DNA of 62,948 nt, the filler included. It is 16 parts of 16 records of this genome, joined end to end, with 100 filler letters (N's around TTAATTAATTAA, not from the genome) between each part and the next. Parts side by side here need not be neighbours in the genome. Positions count along the whole stretch, not along the records: positions 31,089 to 33,374 come from SRR11831586_447; positions 33,475 to 35,907 come from SRR11831586_448; positions 36,008 to 38,410 come from SRR11831586_462; positions 38,511 to 40,547 come from SRR11831586_465; positions 40,648 to 45,880 come from SRR11831586_475; 11 more parts are not named here. One strand, 5' to 3'. The position numbers and the translations under genes were made by a program. The notes beneath the pieces are model-generated. The model was not told the DNA's origin, did no database searches, and saw nothing but the letters and a program-made list of their open reading frames with translations. Below, in pieces: positions 32,710 to 44,784 of this stretch; positions within the stretch are counted from its first letter, which is position 1, and every line of letters starts with the position of its first letter.

Positions 32710-33474
32710 TGGGACTCGAACTGATTGAAGCGTTGAGTGTTCGCTTCTAATCAATAGTAGTTGCATGGGTGTCGGCAAACTCCCTGCCCCACCGATACAG
32801 ATAAAATGCCATCGTTGAAATACCACGAAAGGAGTGTCGAGTGATGAGCAGGGGTAGGTCTGTAGTTGGGGAAATACCTATCCACCACACTGCCTCTAGA
32901 TAGATGGGGACTACTCTCCACGTATATATGCACTCGTAAGGTTGTTGATAAGGGTACGCGCTCTGATTAGACCACGTCATGTTTACATGAACAATCACTC
33001 ACCAGTGCTTATCACTTGGGTGTCACGCATGCAAGAGCCTCGATCTGCTCACCGCAGACAGTTTTCGAATAAAGAAGATGAACACAACCACAGCACTCCA
33101 AACAACAAAACACAAACTACCGCATGGCGCGCAGCACTGCAACACGCATGTACCCAAACACCGCACCCCCAGTGAATACAACATTACGGGAACCGCCTCG
33201 TTGGATCTCGTACACACGGACAACGCGAATAAGTACGGACAGCTACGTCATGTATTCGCCTGTTATTAGGGCGTCTTACAGCCAGCATCGCACGAACCGC
33301 CACAGTCGCAGTACCCAGGGTCAAAAAGCCCAATTAGATTGAAATCGATCGCATTGAAAGACAACACGTGGAAANNNNNNNNNNNNNNNNNNNNNNNNNN
33401 NNNNNNNNNNNNNNNNNNTTAATTAATTAANNNNNNNNNNNNNNNNNNNNNNNNNNNNNNNNNNNNNNNNNNNN

Positions 33475-34280
33475 GTAACTATAAAGATCCTAACCACAAG
33501 CCGGAGCTGGTTTTTGCGCTGACGCCTTTCCTTGCGATGAACGCGTTTCGTGAATTTTCCGAGATTGTCTCCCTACTCCAGCCGGTCGCAGGTGCACATC
33601 CGGCGATTGCTCACTTTTTACAACAGCCTGATGCCGAACGTTTAAGCGAACTGTTCGCCAGCCTGTTGAATATGCAGGGTGAAGAAAAATCCCGCGCGCT
33701 GGCGATTTTAAAATCGGCCCTCGATAGCCAGCAGGGTGAACCGTGGCAAACGATTCGTTTAATTTCTGAATTTTACCCGGAAGACAGCGGTCTGTTCTCC
33801 CCGCTATTGCTGAATGTGGTGAAATTGAACCCTGGCGAAGCGATGTTCCTGTTCGCTGAAACACCGCACGCTTACCTGCAAGGCGTGGCGCTGGAAGTGA
33901 TGGCAAACTCCGATAACGTGCTGCGTGCGGGTCTGACGCCTAAATACATTGATATTCCGGAACTGGTTGCCAATGTGAAATTCGAAGCCAAACCGGCTAA
34001 CCAGTTGTTGACCCAGCCGGTGAAACAAGGTGCAGAACTGGACTTCCCGATTCCAGTGGATGATTTTGCCTTCTCGCTGCATGACCTTAGTGATAAAGAA
34101 ACCACCATTAGCCAGCAGAGTGCCGCCATTTTGTTCTGCGTCGAAGGCGATGCAACGTTGTGGAAAGGTTCTCAGCAGTTACAGCTTAAACCGGGTGAAT
34201 CAGCGTTTATTGCCGCCAACGAATCACCGGTGACTGTCAAAGGCCACGGCCGTTTAGCGCGTGTTTACAACAAGCTGTAA
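33475..34280 (+). CDS. manA: mannose-6-phosphate isomerase (5' truncated)
   Basis: NYKDPNHKPE, PHAYLQG and SDNVLRAGLT motifs. Confidence 0.97.
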
Positions 34281-34380
34281 GAGCTTACTGAAAAAATTAA
34301 CATCTCTTGCTAAGCTTATTAAAGGCTTATAACACCTTCAGGCGGCCAGTCCGCCTGATTTCATTTTATGGATAATCATT

Positions 34381-35889
34381 ATGAATAAATCGCTGGTAGC
34401 GGTAGGCGTCATTGTTGCGCTAGGCGTAGTCTGGACAGGCGGCGCATGGTATACAGGCAAGAAGATTGAAACCCATCTCGAAGACATGGTCGCGCAGGCG
34501 AACGCGCAACTCAAACTGACAGCTCCTGAATCCAACCTGGAAGTGAGTTATCAAAACTATCATCGCGGCGTATTCAGCAGCCAGTTGCAACTGTTGGTGA
34601 AACCCATTGCCGGGAAAGAAAATCCGTGGATTAAAAGCGGTCAGAGCGTCATCTTCAACGAATCGGTTGATCATGGTCCCTTCCCGCTTGCCCAGCTTAA
34701 AAAACTGAACCTGATCCCGTCGATGGCATCAATTCAAACCACGCTGGTTAATAACGAAGTAAGCAAACCACTGTTTGATATGGCAAAAGGTGAAACGCCT
34801 TTTGAGATTAACTCGCGCATTGGTTACAGCGGTGATTCCAGTTCCGATATTTCGCTCAAGCCACTGAATTACGAGCAAAAGGATGAAAAAGTCGCCTTTA
34901 GCGGCGGCGAGTTCCAGTTAAATGCTGACAGAGACGGCAAAGCCATCTCCCTTTCCGGGGAGGCGCAAAGTGGTCGGATAGACGCAGTTAACGAATACAA
35001 CCAGAAAGTGCAGTTGACCTTTAATAATCTGAAAACCGACGGTTCCAGCACGCTGGCAAGTTTTGGTGAGCGTGTAGGAAATCAAAAACTGTCACTGGAA
35101 AAAATGACCATTTCAGTGGAAGGCAAAGAACTGGCACTGCTGGAAGGCATGGAGATCAGCGGTAAATCGGATCTGGTCAATGACGGTAAAACGATCAATA
35201 GCCAACTGGATTACTCGCTAAACAGCCTGAAGGTACAGAATCAGGATCTGGGCAGCGGCAAGCTGACTTTAAAAGTCGGCCAGATTGATGGTGAAGCCTG
35301 GCATCAGTTTAGCCAGCAATATAACGCGCAAACTCAGGCGCTGCTGGCACAGCCAGAAATTGCCAACAACCCCGAACTTTATCAGGAGAAAGTGACGGAA
35401 GCCTTCTTTAGCGCCCTGCCGCTGATGCTGAAAGGCGATCCGGTGATTACTATCGCGCCGCTAAGCTGGAAAAACAGTCAGGGTGAAAGTGCCCTGAATC
35501 TGTCGCTGTTCCTGAAAGATCCGGCAACGACTAAAGAAGCGCCGCAAACGCTGGCGCAGGAAGTAGATCGTTCGGTTAAATCTCTGGATGCGAAACTGAC
35601 CATTCCGGTGGATATGGCAACTGAGTTTATGACTCAGGTAGCGAAGCTGGAAGGTTATCAGGAAGATCAAGCGAAAAAACTGGCGAAACAGCAAGTTGAA
35701 GGTGCATCAGCAATGGGGCAGATGTTCCGTCTGACCACCTTGCAGGACAATACCATCACCACCAGCCTGCAATATGCTAACGGTCAGATAACGTTAAATG
35801 GGCAGAAAATGTCGTTAGAAGATTTTGTTGGCATGTTTGCGATGCCAGCTCTTAACGTTCCGGCTGTACCGGCAATTCCGCAGCAGTAA
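34381..35889 (+). CDS. ydgA: DUF945-family protein YdgA
   Basis: 502 aa; N-terminal anchor; YHRGVFSS and HGPFP motifs; follows manA. Confidence 0.94.
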   Translation: MNKSLVAVGVIVALGVVWTGGAWYTGKKIETHLEDMVAQANAQLKLTAPESNLEVSYQNYHRGVFSSQLQLLVKPIAGKENPWIKSGQSVIFNESVDHGPFPLAQLKKLNLIPSMASIQTTLVNNEVSKPLFDMAKGETPFEINSRIGYSGDSSSDISLKPLNYEQKDEKVAFSGGEFQLNADRDGKAISLSGEAQSGRIDAVNEYNQKVQLTFNNLKTDGSSTLASFGERVGNQKLSLEKMTISVEGKELALLEGMEISGKSDLVNDGKTINSQLDYSLNSLKVQNQDLGSGKLTLKVGQIDGEAWHQFSQQYNAQTQALLAQPEIANNPELYQEKVTEAFFSALPLMLKGDPVITIAPLSWKNSQGESALNLSLFLKDPATTKEAPQTLAQEVDRSVKSLDAKLTIPVDMATEFMTQVAKLEGYQEDQAKKLAKQQVEGASAMGQMFRLTTLQDNTITTSLQYANGQITLNGQKMSLEDFVGMFAMPALNVPAVPAIPQQ

Positions 35890-36007
35890 TTCACGGCCAA
35901 AACGCCGNNNNNNNNNNNNNNNNNNNNNNNNNNNNNNNNNNNNNNNNNNNNTTAATTAATTAANNNNNNNNNNNNNNNNNNNNNNNNNNNNNNNNNNNNN
36001 NNNNNNN

Positions 36008-36030
36008 CACACACACACACACACACACAC
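36008..36030. repeat. (CA)n microsatellite at contig edge
   Basis: About 11 CA units. Similar (TG)n/(CA)n tracts end other contigs at 38387-38410 and 62926-62948. Confidence 0.95.
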
Positions 36031-36458
36031 GCTCACAGCTGACGCTATCGAACCGAGCTGTTTCGTGTTTTGCGCTTCGTGTGCTTAGTATTAGGAAAAC
36101 TTAGAAACCACTTGATACATAATTAAACTCACAAGCACTACGTCACTATCTCACTGGTTATTGCGCCCTTGACTCGCGTGGGGGTCCGTGATTTGCACAC
36201 CCGGTAAACTTGTGCGTCTCAATAACATAACAGGGCCGTCCTTACAGCGCAGGGCGCATGTCCCACACACAGTTCTGCCGCAACGTTCCTCACACGTTTG
36301 GCTGCAAGCACGCATGCCGCACCCACCGGTGCTCAAGATCACAACGCGCTTCGCACAGGACAGTCTCAGCCGCGTCCGTACGCACACGCACACACAGAAC
36401 ACGCGGTGCAGGACCGCACTGAACGCCTCCACATTCGCATCATCGGCAACAGCTGCCG

Positions 36459-37513
36459 TCATTGATACTTGCGCAGCTGCCGCTTCGGGGGCGGAGGCGC
36501 AGCCGGGGTGTCGTCCTCGGCATCGGACCGCGCAGGGCCCGCACTCGTCGTGGTGGTGGTGGTTGCTGCTGTGGTGGGATGCGCAGAGACAAACCCGTTC
36601 GATGTGCTGTGTGCGAGTGGCGGCGGTGCAGCTCCCTGTGCCTCGCCGCGCTGCAGCTCGAAGAATGTGTTGAGCACCAGCGTGAAGTGTTTGCGGATGT
36701 CGTTGATCTCCATGGACGCCACGTCCGTCAGCTGCAGCGCAACAGCGAAACAGAAGGAAGATAAGCGGGGGCACCATGACCAGCGCGATATGAATGTTGC
36801 GTTTACGAACAACTGTGGCACCACTAAGAGAGCAATGTCGCGACGTACCCCGATGACCTGTGTTCTGGAGTCAAGCGTCCGCAGTGAGCGCTGCACTTTG
36901 TCGGACCGCACTTCTTCGATATCTTTCAAGATCAGCCGTACCTTCTCCAGGTGCGGTATGTCATCGCCCGCACTGCAGTTCACACCAAGCGTACCATTAG
37001 CGCAGACACAGAACGCATACGTGGAATATCAGATGTCATTGTCGCTTGGCTAAACGTATCACACAAAGGGCATGCTCAGTGAGCGTACACAGCGATGAGT
37101 TGCGAGGCGATCTCCTGGTAATAGTACTCAATCTTGCCGAATCGCCCAGGCTCGGCTTTTTCTTGGCGCAAGTGCGCTTGTAGTGATTCTAGTAGAAGCA
37201 CATTAACCATGAATGAACATACTCGACAAACTCGTACCATAATCCATCCAATCTGGGATGTGAATTTTGCACTTGCCAGACTTGCGAAGTGTAATGGCGA
37301 GCCATAATGGTACCTTAACAGGTCGTCCAGGCCGAAACGGACCCCAATTGCCCTACATTCGTCCTGATGAGCGTCACCACACGTGGACAATGAGAACCGT
37401 ACAGAAACGAATTGCAACGGCTCATCCAGCTTGAAATTAGGAGTGATCATAACCTCGTAGTCTTCCGATAGAAACTCGGTCTCATTGCTGTCCAGAGGTT
37501 GTAGCGCGGACAT
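36459..37513 (-). CDS. PSF2: GINS complex subunit Psf2 (spliced)
   Basis: EFLSEDYEVMITPNF | GNWGPFRPGRPVKVPLWLAITLRKSGKCKIHIPDWM | ...DDIPHLEKVRLILKDIEEVRSDKV | ...MEINDIR. Confidence 0.9.
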
Positions 37514-37799
37514 TCGAACCCCGTTCACGTTACTCAGACATAGAATCGATCCCCCGCTTTCTGCTCACCAGCTGTAAACCAGCAAAGTCCCTGAACTGCA
37601 ATGTGTAAGGGCAAGAGACTGTGCCAACATAGCTACACGCCACGCTTGTAGCGAATTTGACCCTTCAATGTACCTCAGAGCCGAGAGGTGAATCTGACAG
37701 ACAGTGGGATCTGTCTGACAGACAGAGGCAGAGGTGCAAATCATTTTCGAAAATCCACACGGTGTTCAGTGTCGTTTTTGGCATTTTCTTTGCGGAATC

Positions 37800-38357
37800 A
37801 TGGCGGACAACGAACGTCTGTCTGGGTCAAAACATGCGGCTGACAGAAGATTCCCTGTTGCTGAAAAGAAGGTCAAGAAGAGTGACTTTGCACGCATTCC
37901 AGATGCAGAAGAGCTGGCAGAGATGCAAGATAGCGTCATCTCGTACAAGTCTGCAATGTTCAAAATGGAGGTAATGAGTTCGCATCGGTCTGAAACTGTG
38001 GGTGTTCAGTTCTTTGCAGATGGATGAATTGTTCAAGAATGTGACCGCGGACTCGCGCAAGTCTTCTGTTGTTGACGGTCTGATTACAGAGCTGCGTACT
38101 ATCCTCAGCAAGATCAAACCCCGCAAAGTACGTAACTTGGGGTGTGCAAGCGTACACCTGCTGACAGCCGTATCCGTGCGTAGATTGAATTGTCGACGGA
38201 GAAGCTGGCGGCTCTCTCCTTCTTCCCGTTCCGCAGCGCCAAGCCCATCCACTACCAGCTGCTGCCCCCCACCGCCGTCGAGCTCGTGGGATCTGCGCTG
38301 TGCCGGGCTCAGGCAAAACCGACCGTCAACGTGGATGTGGCTGTCGCGATGCCGCGG
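37800..38357 (+). CDS. NOL6: nucleolar protein NOL6/Utp22 (Nrap) N-terminus (spliced, 3' truncated)
   Basis: YKSAMFKME|MDELF and LLPPTAVELVGS...VNVDVAVAMP; introns 37971-38019 and 38128-38183. Confidence 0.75.
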
Positions 38358-38510
38358 GTATGTGGGAGCTGTGTGTCCATGCTGGCTGTGTGTGTGTGTG
38401 TGTGTGTGTGNNNNNNNNNNNNNNNNNNNNNNNNNNNNNNNNNNNNNNNNNNNNTTAATTAATTAANNNNNNNNNNNNNNNNNNNNNNNNNNNNNNNNNN
38501 NNNNNNNNNN

Positions 38511-40319
38511 GCTCCACAATCTGCGCCGCAGCCTCCACCACCGACCGCAGCATGCGCCGCGTGTTGTCGGAGCGCACGTCGGAGGCAGCGTGGCCGTAGA
38601 CGCGCAGCACGGGGACGGTGATAGCGTTGCGCAGGACGGCCTCGCTGGCCATGGCAAACACGGGCTCGAGACCCTTGCCGTGCTGGTCGACGAGGGCAGG
38701 TTGCTCGTCCAGCAGCAGACCGACAGCCACCATCACCGCGTCACGGATCTGCGGACACAGAGAGGGGGGTCAGAACACGGCAGGATGAGGGTGGGCATGG
38801 ACAGATATAAGAGTGCGGTAAGCACCCAAAGGAATACAGAGCAGTACGCGATACAACACAGATTTCACCACCCATCACACAGTGTGCGCAGGGGGGCCCG
38901 AAAAGAGACAACGAGAGCACGCGGCGCACCTCGGGCTGCGGGTTGTGTGTAATGGCATCGATCATCATCTGCATCGTAAACGACATGAGCGCCTTGGCCG
39001 CCGCCGCCAGCGCCTCCGCTAGCAGATTGACGTCAGTGTCGCCGCCCGCCGACCGCCGCAAGAAGGAGAGAACGAGGTTCTCAATGATGCGCTGCAGACC
39101 GGTAGCGCCCTTGCCCAGAGACAGCTTGCCCGCTTGGATGAGAAAGTCCCGTGCAAACTCGAGCGCAGAGCCACGCGCCTGTCGCTCCTACACATACACA
39201 CGTGCAGCAAACACACACAGACACAGACAGACAGATCAGTACACTTGATAGTGACACGCACCACAACACACTGCACGTACCTTGACACTGCTCACCACGC
39301 CCATGATATCGTCGACTTTGAGCTGTGTGAACAGATGGCGACCCCCCAGGCTGACCATTGTGCTCAGCAGCTGATAGCAGAACGCCGCATGCTTGGGCCG
39401 GCGCGACCACGACGACACACAGCGGAACAAATCTACACTCACACACGCACACACAGAGAGAGAGACAGGAGTGAGCAAAGGAGCAAGGATTATGAATATG
39501 TACCCGTGAACGCGGTCCAGAACTCCTTTGTCAGAGGATGAGTGACGTTTTCGCTGAATGCCTTCCACTCTGCCGCCACCTGCACATCCACCCGCGTGTC
39601 AGCACGCACCCAACCATCCCGTCTGCAAGTATATGTAAACGCACAGCAAGACGCACCGCTGCCGACGTGAGCCGTGTGAGGATCGCAGCGACCGACATGC
39701 AGATCTCCTGCCGCAGCACACCGCGCTCAATCGTCTTGCCAATCTCCCCCAAGCGCTTCAGGTAGCTGATGAGGGCCTCTGCACGGGCGGGGTGCGCCAC
39801 CGAGAAGTCGAAATGCCGCACGGCGCGCTGCACCGGCACGTACTCCCGCACGGCGTCACCTGTCTTGCACTGTGCCAGACGCAGCAGAAAGGTGTCACAT
39901 GCCTCCCGCAGCACGACGCGGGACGCGACGCCCAGACACTTGGACGCAGCGTGGCGGATGGCGCTGGGCCGGTTAACACGCAAGCGCGAGAAGCACTCCG
40001 AGAGAACCTTGCGCCAGGTGAGCACAAAAGCCTCCGTGCTCGCAGCATCGTCCGCCACGGCCACCGTCAGCACACGCTCTAGCGAGGCAAACAACGCAAA
40101 CTCCACGCTGTTGTCGGCTGCTTCCTCCTCGACCCCGTCGTGTGTCGTGGGCAGTGCCGCATGCGAGTCGGTTGCCGAAAATTCGTTGGCCATGTTCAGA
40201 AAACAGGAGATTACTGCGTCAAGATCCTGTGATGCAGCTGAAACCAGAGCTGAAAGTGCGACACCCAATGCCTCCCCGTCATCTTCTTCAAATGCGCCAC
40301 CCACGGGACGAAGGGTCAT
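38511..40319 (-). CDS. ARM/HEAT solenoid protein, Furry/Tao3/Mor2-like N-terminus (spliced, partial)
   Basis: Helical exons such as FALFASLERVL, AASKCLGVAS...FLLRL and RQEICMSVAAIL, separated by GT-AG introns. Family is by resemblance only. Confidence 0.5.
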
Positions 40320-40647
40320 TGTACCAGTCTGCCGGGCGGATTCGAGCTTGTGCTTCTTCTGACACAGCGTGTGGAGCTGCGAGCATAATTGCCTGTTTTA
40401 TATGAGCTACCCCTAACACACAATGCGCACAAAATATCCGTACTCGAGCCACCACGGCATCGCAGTTGTCATAGCGAATGGGAAGAAGCTTCCGCAACCC
40501 GCAGGGCCACTGGTACGGAATTCAAACTCAGAAAGAGAAAGACTTGCNNNNNNNNNNNNNNNNNNNNNNNNNNNNNNNNNNNNNNNNNNNNTTAATTAAT
40601 TAANNNNNNNNNNNNNNNNNNNNNNNNNNNNNNNNNNNNNNNNNNNN

Positions 40648-41243
40648 GACGCATTCGCCAGTGCATCTGCCAGCAGGTCGAACGCAAGGTTAGAGTACGC
40701 CGCCTGACTGCCTGGCGCGGCTTTCAGCTTCGCCGTAGAAGGTATTTCCAGCGTTGCTCGCGCGTTGGCCAGACAAACACCGGACGATGTGCCGCGCCAC
40801 CGGGCTGTTCACGGGGCAGGGCGCTGGTATGGGTTGCCAGATTGACCAGCGTAATGGGCGTCCCATTGTAGGTTGGCACGCGTGCGCCTGGCGGAGCATA
40901 TTTACTTAGCGGATCGTTTAACTTCACGGTCCCCTGGTCGAGCAATTTCACCAGCATCTCACTGGTCATTAGCTTGGTGAGGGAAGCAATACGCACGACC
41001 GAATCCAGCTGCGGGCGAACGTTATTACCAGGTCGCGTTTCGCCATAACTGCGAAAGACGCGCTGGTTACCGTCGATAACAACCAGAGCCATCCCCGTGG
41101 CACCGCTGCCGTAAAAAATAATGATCGGCATAACGATCGACAATATCAGAGGCAAACTCCGGTTCAGTGATCGGCTGCGCCGCATGGACGGAGGTCAATG
41201 ACGCCGCACACAGCACGGCAGAAAAAAGCAGACTACGTTTCAA
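40648..41243 (-). CDS. ampH: AmpH peptidoglycan DD-peptidase (3' truncated; two single-base indels)
   Basis: TTG start MKRSLLFSAV; SLTK (SxxK) and YSN motifs lie in different frames because of +1 at ~41120 and -1 at ~40739. Confidence 0.9.
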
Positions 41244-41594
41244 CGGTGGTGTCCATAGATTGAATGAAGGTAACTGAGCGTATTTATACTACTCATTGAT
41301 AGATTGCAAAGGGCGAATTAGTGCAATAATAGTGTTAAAAACGTAACGGCGCGTAAACACGATCTTTTTCCTGCTCACCAATGCCTGCATTTGTGATCCT
41401 GCGCGTGTTAATCCGCTTATGTAAACAATCTTTGGTTTGTGAAATCCGTCGAAACAATTCTTATGGTCAGGCTGGCGAACTAAGCGCCTTGCTATGGGTC
41501 ACAATGGGCGGTTTCATTTGGCTGACGCTTTGTAGCGGTCATGCGGTTAATACACAGCAGTTGTTAAAACGATAAGAAGTTAGCAGGAGTGCAT

Positions 41595-42815
41595 ATGTTT
41601 AAGTCTTTTTTCCCAAAGCCGGGAACGTTTTTTCTCTCGGCCTTCGTTTGGGCATTGATTGCCGTTATCTTCTGGCAAGCCGGTGGGGGTGACTGGGTGG
41701 CGCGTATCACCGGCGCTTCCGGGCAGATCCCGATTAGCGCCGCGCGTTTCTGGTCGTTGGATTTCCTGATTTTTTACGCTTACTACATTGTTTGCGTAGG
41801 ACTTTTTGCATTGTTCTGGTTTATCTACAGCCCGCATCGTTGGCAATACTGGTCAATACTCGGTACTGCACTGATCATCTTCGTCACCTGGTTTTTGGTG
41901 GAAGTCGGGGTCGCCGTCAACGCCTGGTATGCGCCGTTCTATGATCTGATTCAAACCGCGCTAAGTTCGCCGCATAAAGTCACCATCGAACAATTTTACC
42001 GCGAAGTGGGCGTCTTTCTGGGGATTGCGCTGATCGCTGTGGTGATCAGTGTGCTGAACAACTTCTTTGTCAGTCACTACGTGTTCCGCTGGCGTACAGC
42101 GATGAACGAATATTACATGGCGAACTGGCAACAACTGCGTCATATCGAAGGGGCCGCACAGCGTGTGCAGGAAGACACCATGCGTTTTGCTTCAACGCTG
42201 GAGAATATGGGCGTCAGTTTTATCAACGCCATCATGACGTTGATCGCCTTCCTGCCGGTGCTGGTAACGCTCTCCGCGCATGTGCCGGAGCTGCCGATTA
42301 TCGGGCACATTCCGTATGGTCTGGTGATTGCCGCAATCGTCTGGTCGCTGATGGGGACCGGATTGCTGGCAGTGGTAGGGATCAAACTGCCGGGGCTGGA
42401 GTTTAAAAACCAGCGTGTAGAGGCTGCCTACCGTAAAGAGCTGGTTTATGGTGAAGACGATGCCACGCGCGCGACGCCGCCTACGGTACGCGAGCTGTTT
42501 AGCGCCGTACGGAAAAACTATTTCCGCCTCTATTTTCACTATATGTATTTCAACATCGCCCGCATTCTCTATTTGCAGGTCGATAACGTTTTCGGTTTGT
42601 TCTTGCTGTTTCCGTCAATTGTTGCCGGTACGATTACGCTCGGCCTGATGACGCAGATTACCAACGTTTTTGGTCAGGTTCGCGGTGCTTTCCAGTACCT
42701 GATTAACTCATGGACCACACTGGTTGAGTTGATGTCTATCTACAAACGTCTGCGCAGCTTTGAACATGAGCTGGATGGTGACAAAATTCAGGAAGTAACC
42801 CATACCTTGAGCTAA
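41595..42815 (+). CDS. sbmA: peptide antibiotic transporter SbmA
   Basis: 406 aa from [21 protein letters not shown] and EAAYRKELV motifs. Confidence 0.97.
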   Translation: MFKSFFPKPGTFFLSAFVWALIAVIFWQAGGGDWVARITGASGQIPISAARFWSLDFLIFYAYYIVCVGLFALFWFIYSPHRWQYWSILGTALIIFVTWFLVEVGVAVNAWYAPFYDLIQTALSSPHKVTIEQFYREVGVFLGIALIAVVISVLNNFFVSHYVFRWRTAMNEYYMANWQQLRHIEGAAQRVQEDTMRFASTLENMGVSFINAIMTLIAFLPVLVTLSAHVPELPIIGHIPYGLVIAAIVWSLMGTGLLAVVGIKLPGLEFKNQRVEAAYRKELVYGEDDATRATPPTVRELFSAVRKNYFRLYFHYMYFNIARILYLQVDNVFGLFLLFPSIVAGTITLGLMTQITNVFGQVRGAFQYLINSWTTLVELMSIYKRLRSFEHELDGDKIQEVTHTLS

Positions 42816-42827
42816 AAAGGAGAAGTA

Positions 42828-43922
42828 ATGTCGCGCGTCAATCCTCTATCTTCGCTGTCATTGTTGGCGGTTCTGGTTTTAGCGGGGTGTAGTAGTCAGG
42901 CTCCGCAACCGTTGAAAAAGGGCGAAAAAGCGATAGATGTAGCGAGCGTCGTGCGGCAGAAGATGCCTGCGAGCGTGAAAGACCGCGATGCCTGGGCGAA
43001 AGATCTCGCCACCACCTTTGAAAGTCAGGGGCTGGCACCGACGCTGGAAAACGTCTGCTCGGTGCTGGCGGTGGCGCAGCAGGAGTCAAATTATCAGGCA
43101 GATCCGGCCGTTCCGGGCTTAAGCAAGATCGCCTGGCAAGAGATTGACCGTCGTGCTGAACGGATGCACATTCCTGCTTTTCTGGTTCATACCGCGCTAA
43201 AAATCAAATCGCCAAACGGCAAAAGTTATAGCGAACGGTTAGATTCGGTGCGTACAGAAAAGCAATTGAGCGCGATTTTTGACGATCTGATCAACATGGT
43301 GCCAATGGGGCAGACGCTGTTTGGTTCGCTCAATCCGGTGCGCACCGGTGGGCCGATGCAGGTCAGCATTGCTTTTGCCGAACAGCATACCAAAGGGTAT
43401 CCGTGGAAAATGGACGGTACAGTCCGTCAGGAAGTCTTCAGTCGCCGCGGCGGGTTGTGGTTTGGTACTTACCATTTACTGAATTATCCCGCCAGTTATA
43501 GCGCACCGATATACCGTTTTGCTGATTTTAACGCTGGCTGGTACGCCAGCCGTAATGCCGCGTTTCAGAACGCGGTCAGTAAGGCCAGCGGCGTGAAGCT
43601 GGCACTGGACGGTGATTTAATTCGTTACGACAGTAAAGAACCCGGGAAAACCGAACTGGCAACGCGCAAACTGGCTGCAAAACTGGGGATGAGCGACAGC
43701 GAAATTCGCCGTCAGTTAGAGAAAGGTGACAGCTTCTCTTTTGAGGAGACGGCGCTGTACAAGAAAGTTTATCAACTTGCCGAAACGAAAACGGGTAAAT
43801 CACTCCCCCGCGAAATGTTGCCTGGCATTCAACTGGAAAGCCCGAAAATCACCCGCAACCTGACTACGGCCTGGTTTGCGAAGCGCGTAGACGAACGGCG
43901 GGCGCGTTGTATGAAACAGTGA
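42828..43922 (+). CDS. yaiW: lipoprotein YaiW (DUF1615)
   Basis: LAGC lipobox; follows sbmA. Confidence 0.95.
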   Translation: MSRVNPLSSLSLLAVLVLAGCSSQAPQPLKKGEKAIDVASVVRQKMPASVKDRDAWAKDLATTFESQGLAPTLENVCSVLAVAQQESNYQADPAVPGLSKIAWQEIDRRAERMHIPAFLVHTALKIKSPNGKSYSERLDSVRTEKQLSAIFDDLINMVPMGQTLFGSLNPVRTGGPMQVSIAFAEQHTKGYPWKMDGTVRQEVFSRRGGLWFGTYHLLNYPASYSAPIYRFADFNAGWYASRNAAFQNAVSKASGVKLALDGDLIRYDSKEPGKTELATRKLAAKLGMSDSEIRRQLEKGDSFSFEETALYKKVYQLAETKTGKSLPREMLPGIQLESPKITRNLTTAWFAKRVDERRARCMKQ

Positions 43923-43933
43923 TCAAACAGGAA

Positions 43934-43972
43934 TGTCAGGCCAGATAAGGCGTTTCAGGCCGCATCTGACAA
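43934..43972. repeat. REP element
   Basis: tgtcaggccagataaggcgtttcaggccgcatctgacaa. Confidence 0.8.
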
Positions 43973-43980
43973 TGTAAAAC

Positions 43981-44289
43981 TTACTGGCGGCGATGTCGCC
44001 AGTGCAGCCATAGCGCCACCACTGCAAAAATGAGGCAGCCTACTAAAAACGGGATCAGCCCGAAAATGGTGCCGACACCTAAACCAATTTCCACCCGTGG
44101 GCGACCTGTTTCCTGGACCTGCATTAAACGCTCATAGACGCCGGGCGCATGCACTAACAGGTTCAGCAATTGCGCCCCAGCCCAAAAGCAAAACAGCACA
44201 AACAACGCATAGGCAATGTTGCCAGGCGTTGAAGAGGCATTGCGATATTTTCCGCTAAACAGCGATTTTGACAGGGTGAAATCAGCCAT
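43981..44289 (-). CDS. yaiY: inner-membrane protein YaiY
   Basis: 102 aa, two TM segments; synteny. Confidence 0.92.
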
Positions 44290-44548
44290 AAAAACCTCCG
44301 GAAGTCATCTGCTTCTCTTCTGGTGTGATACCAGCGGCTTATGGCAAGTCTGACAGGTCATTTAGATTGTCAATATCAGAATCATGGTAAATTGATGTTG
44401 GGAATATTCCCGAAGCGTGAATCTTCGTTGTGAGTCACAAAATGGCAACCTTAAGTTAAATTTATTAACAATTACGAAAATGTTGTCTACACCACAGACG
44501 GTTGTTGCAGAATATGCAAGGATGTTGTTTTTCGTTAACGGAGCTGCC

Positions 44549-44761
44549 ATGAATCTGCCTGTAAAAATCCGCCGTGACTGGCACTACTATGCGTTCGCCA
44601 TTGGCCTTATATTCATTCTTAATGGCGTGGTGGGGTTACTGGGATTTGAAGCAAAAGGTTGGCAGACCTATGCCGTCGGTCTGGTGACGTGGGTGATTAG
44701 TTTCTGGCTGGCGGGGTTGATTATTCGTCGTCGCGATGAAGAAACTGAAAACGCCCAATAA
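44549..44761 (+). CDS. yaiZ: small membrane protein YaiZ
   Basis: 70 aa from MNLPVKIRRDWHYY with a GGAG RBS. Confidence 0.9.
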   Translation: MNLPVKIRRDWHYYAFAIGLIFILNGVVGLLGFEAKGWQTYAVGLVTWVISFWLAGLIIRRRDEETENAQ

Positions 44762-44784
44762 GAATATTATCGGGCGTTAAAATA

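Noticed and set aside
32747..32998. 83-aa minus-strand ORF downstream of the Tse2-like gene as a candidate immunity protein
   Set aside because: No clear start context, homology or splice support; its length is compatible with chance.
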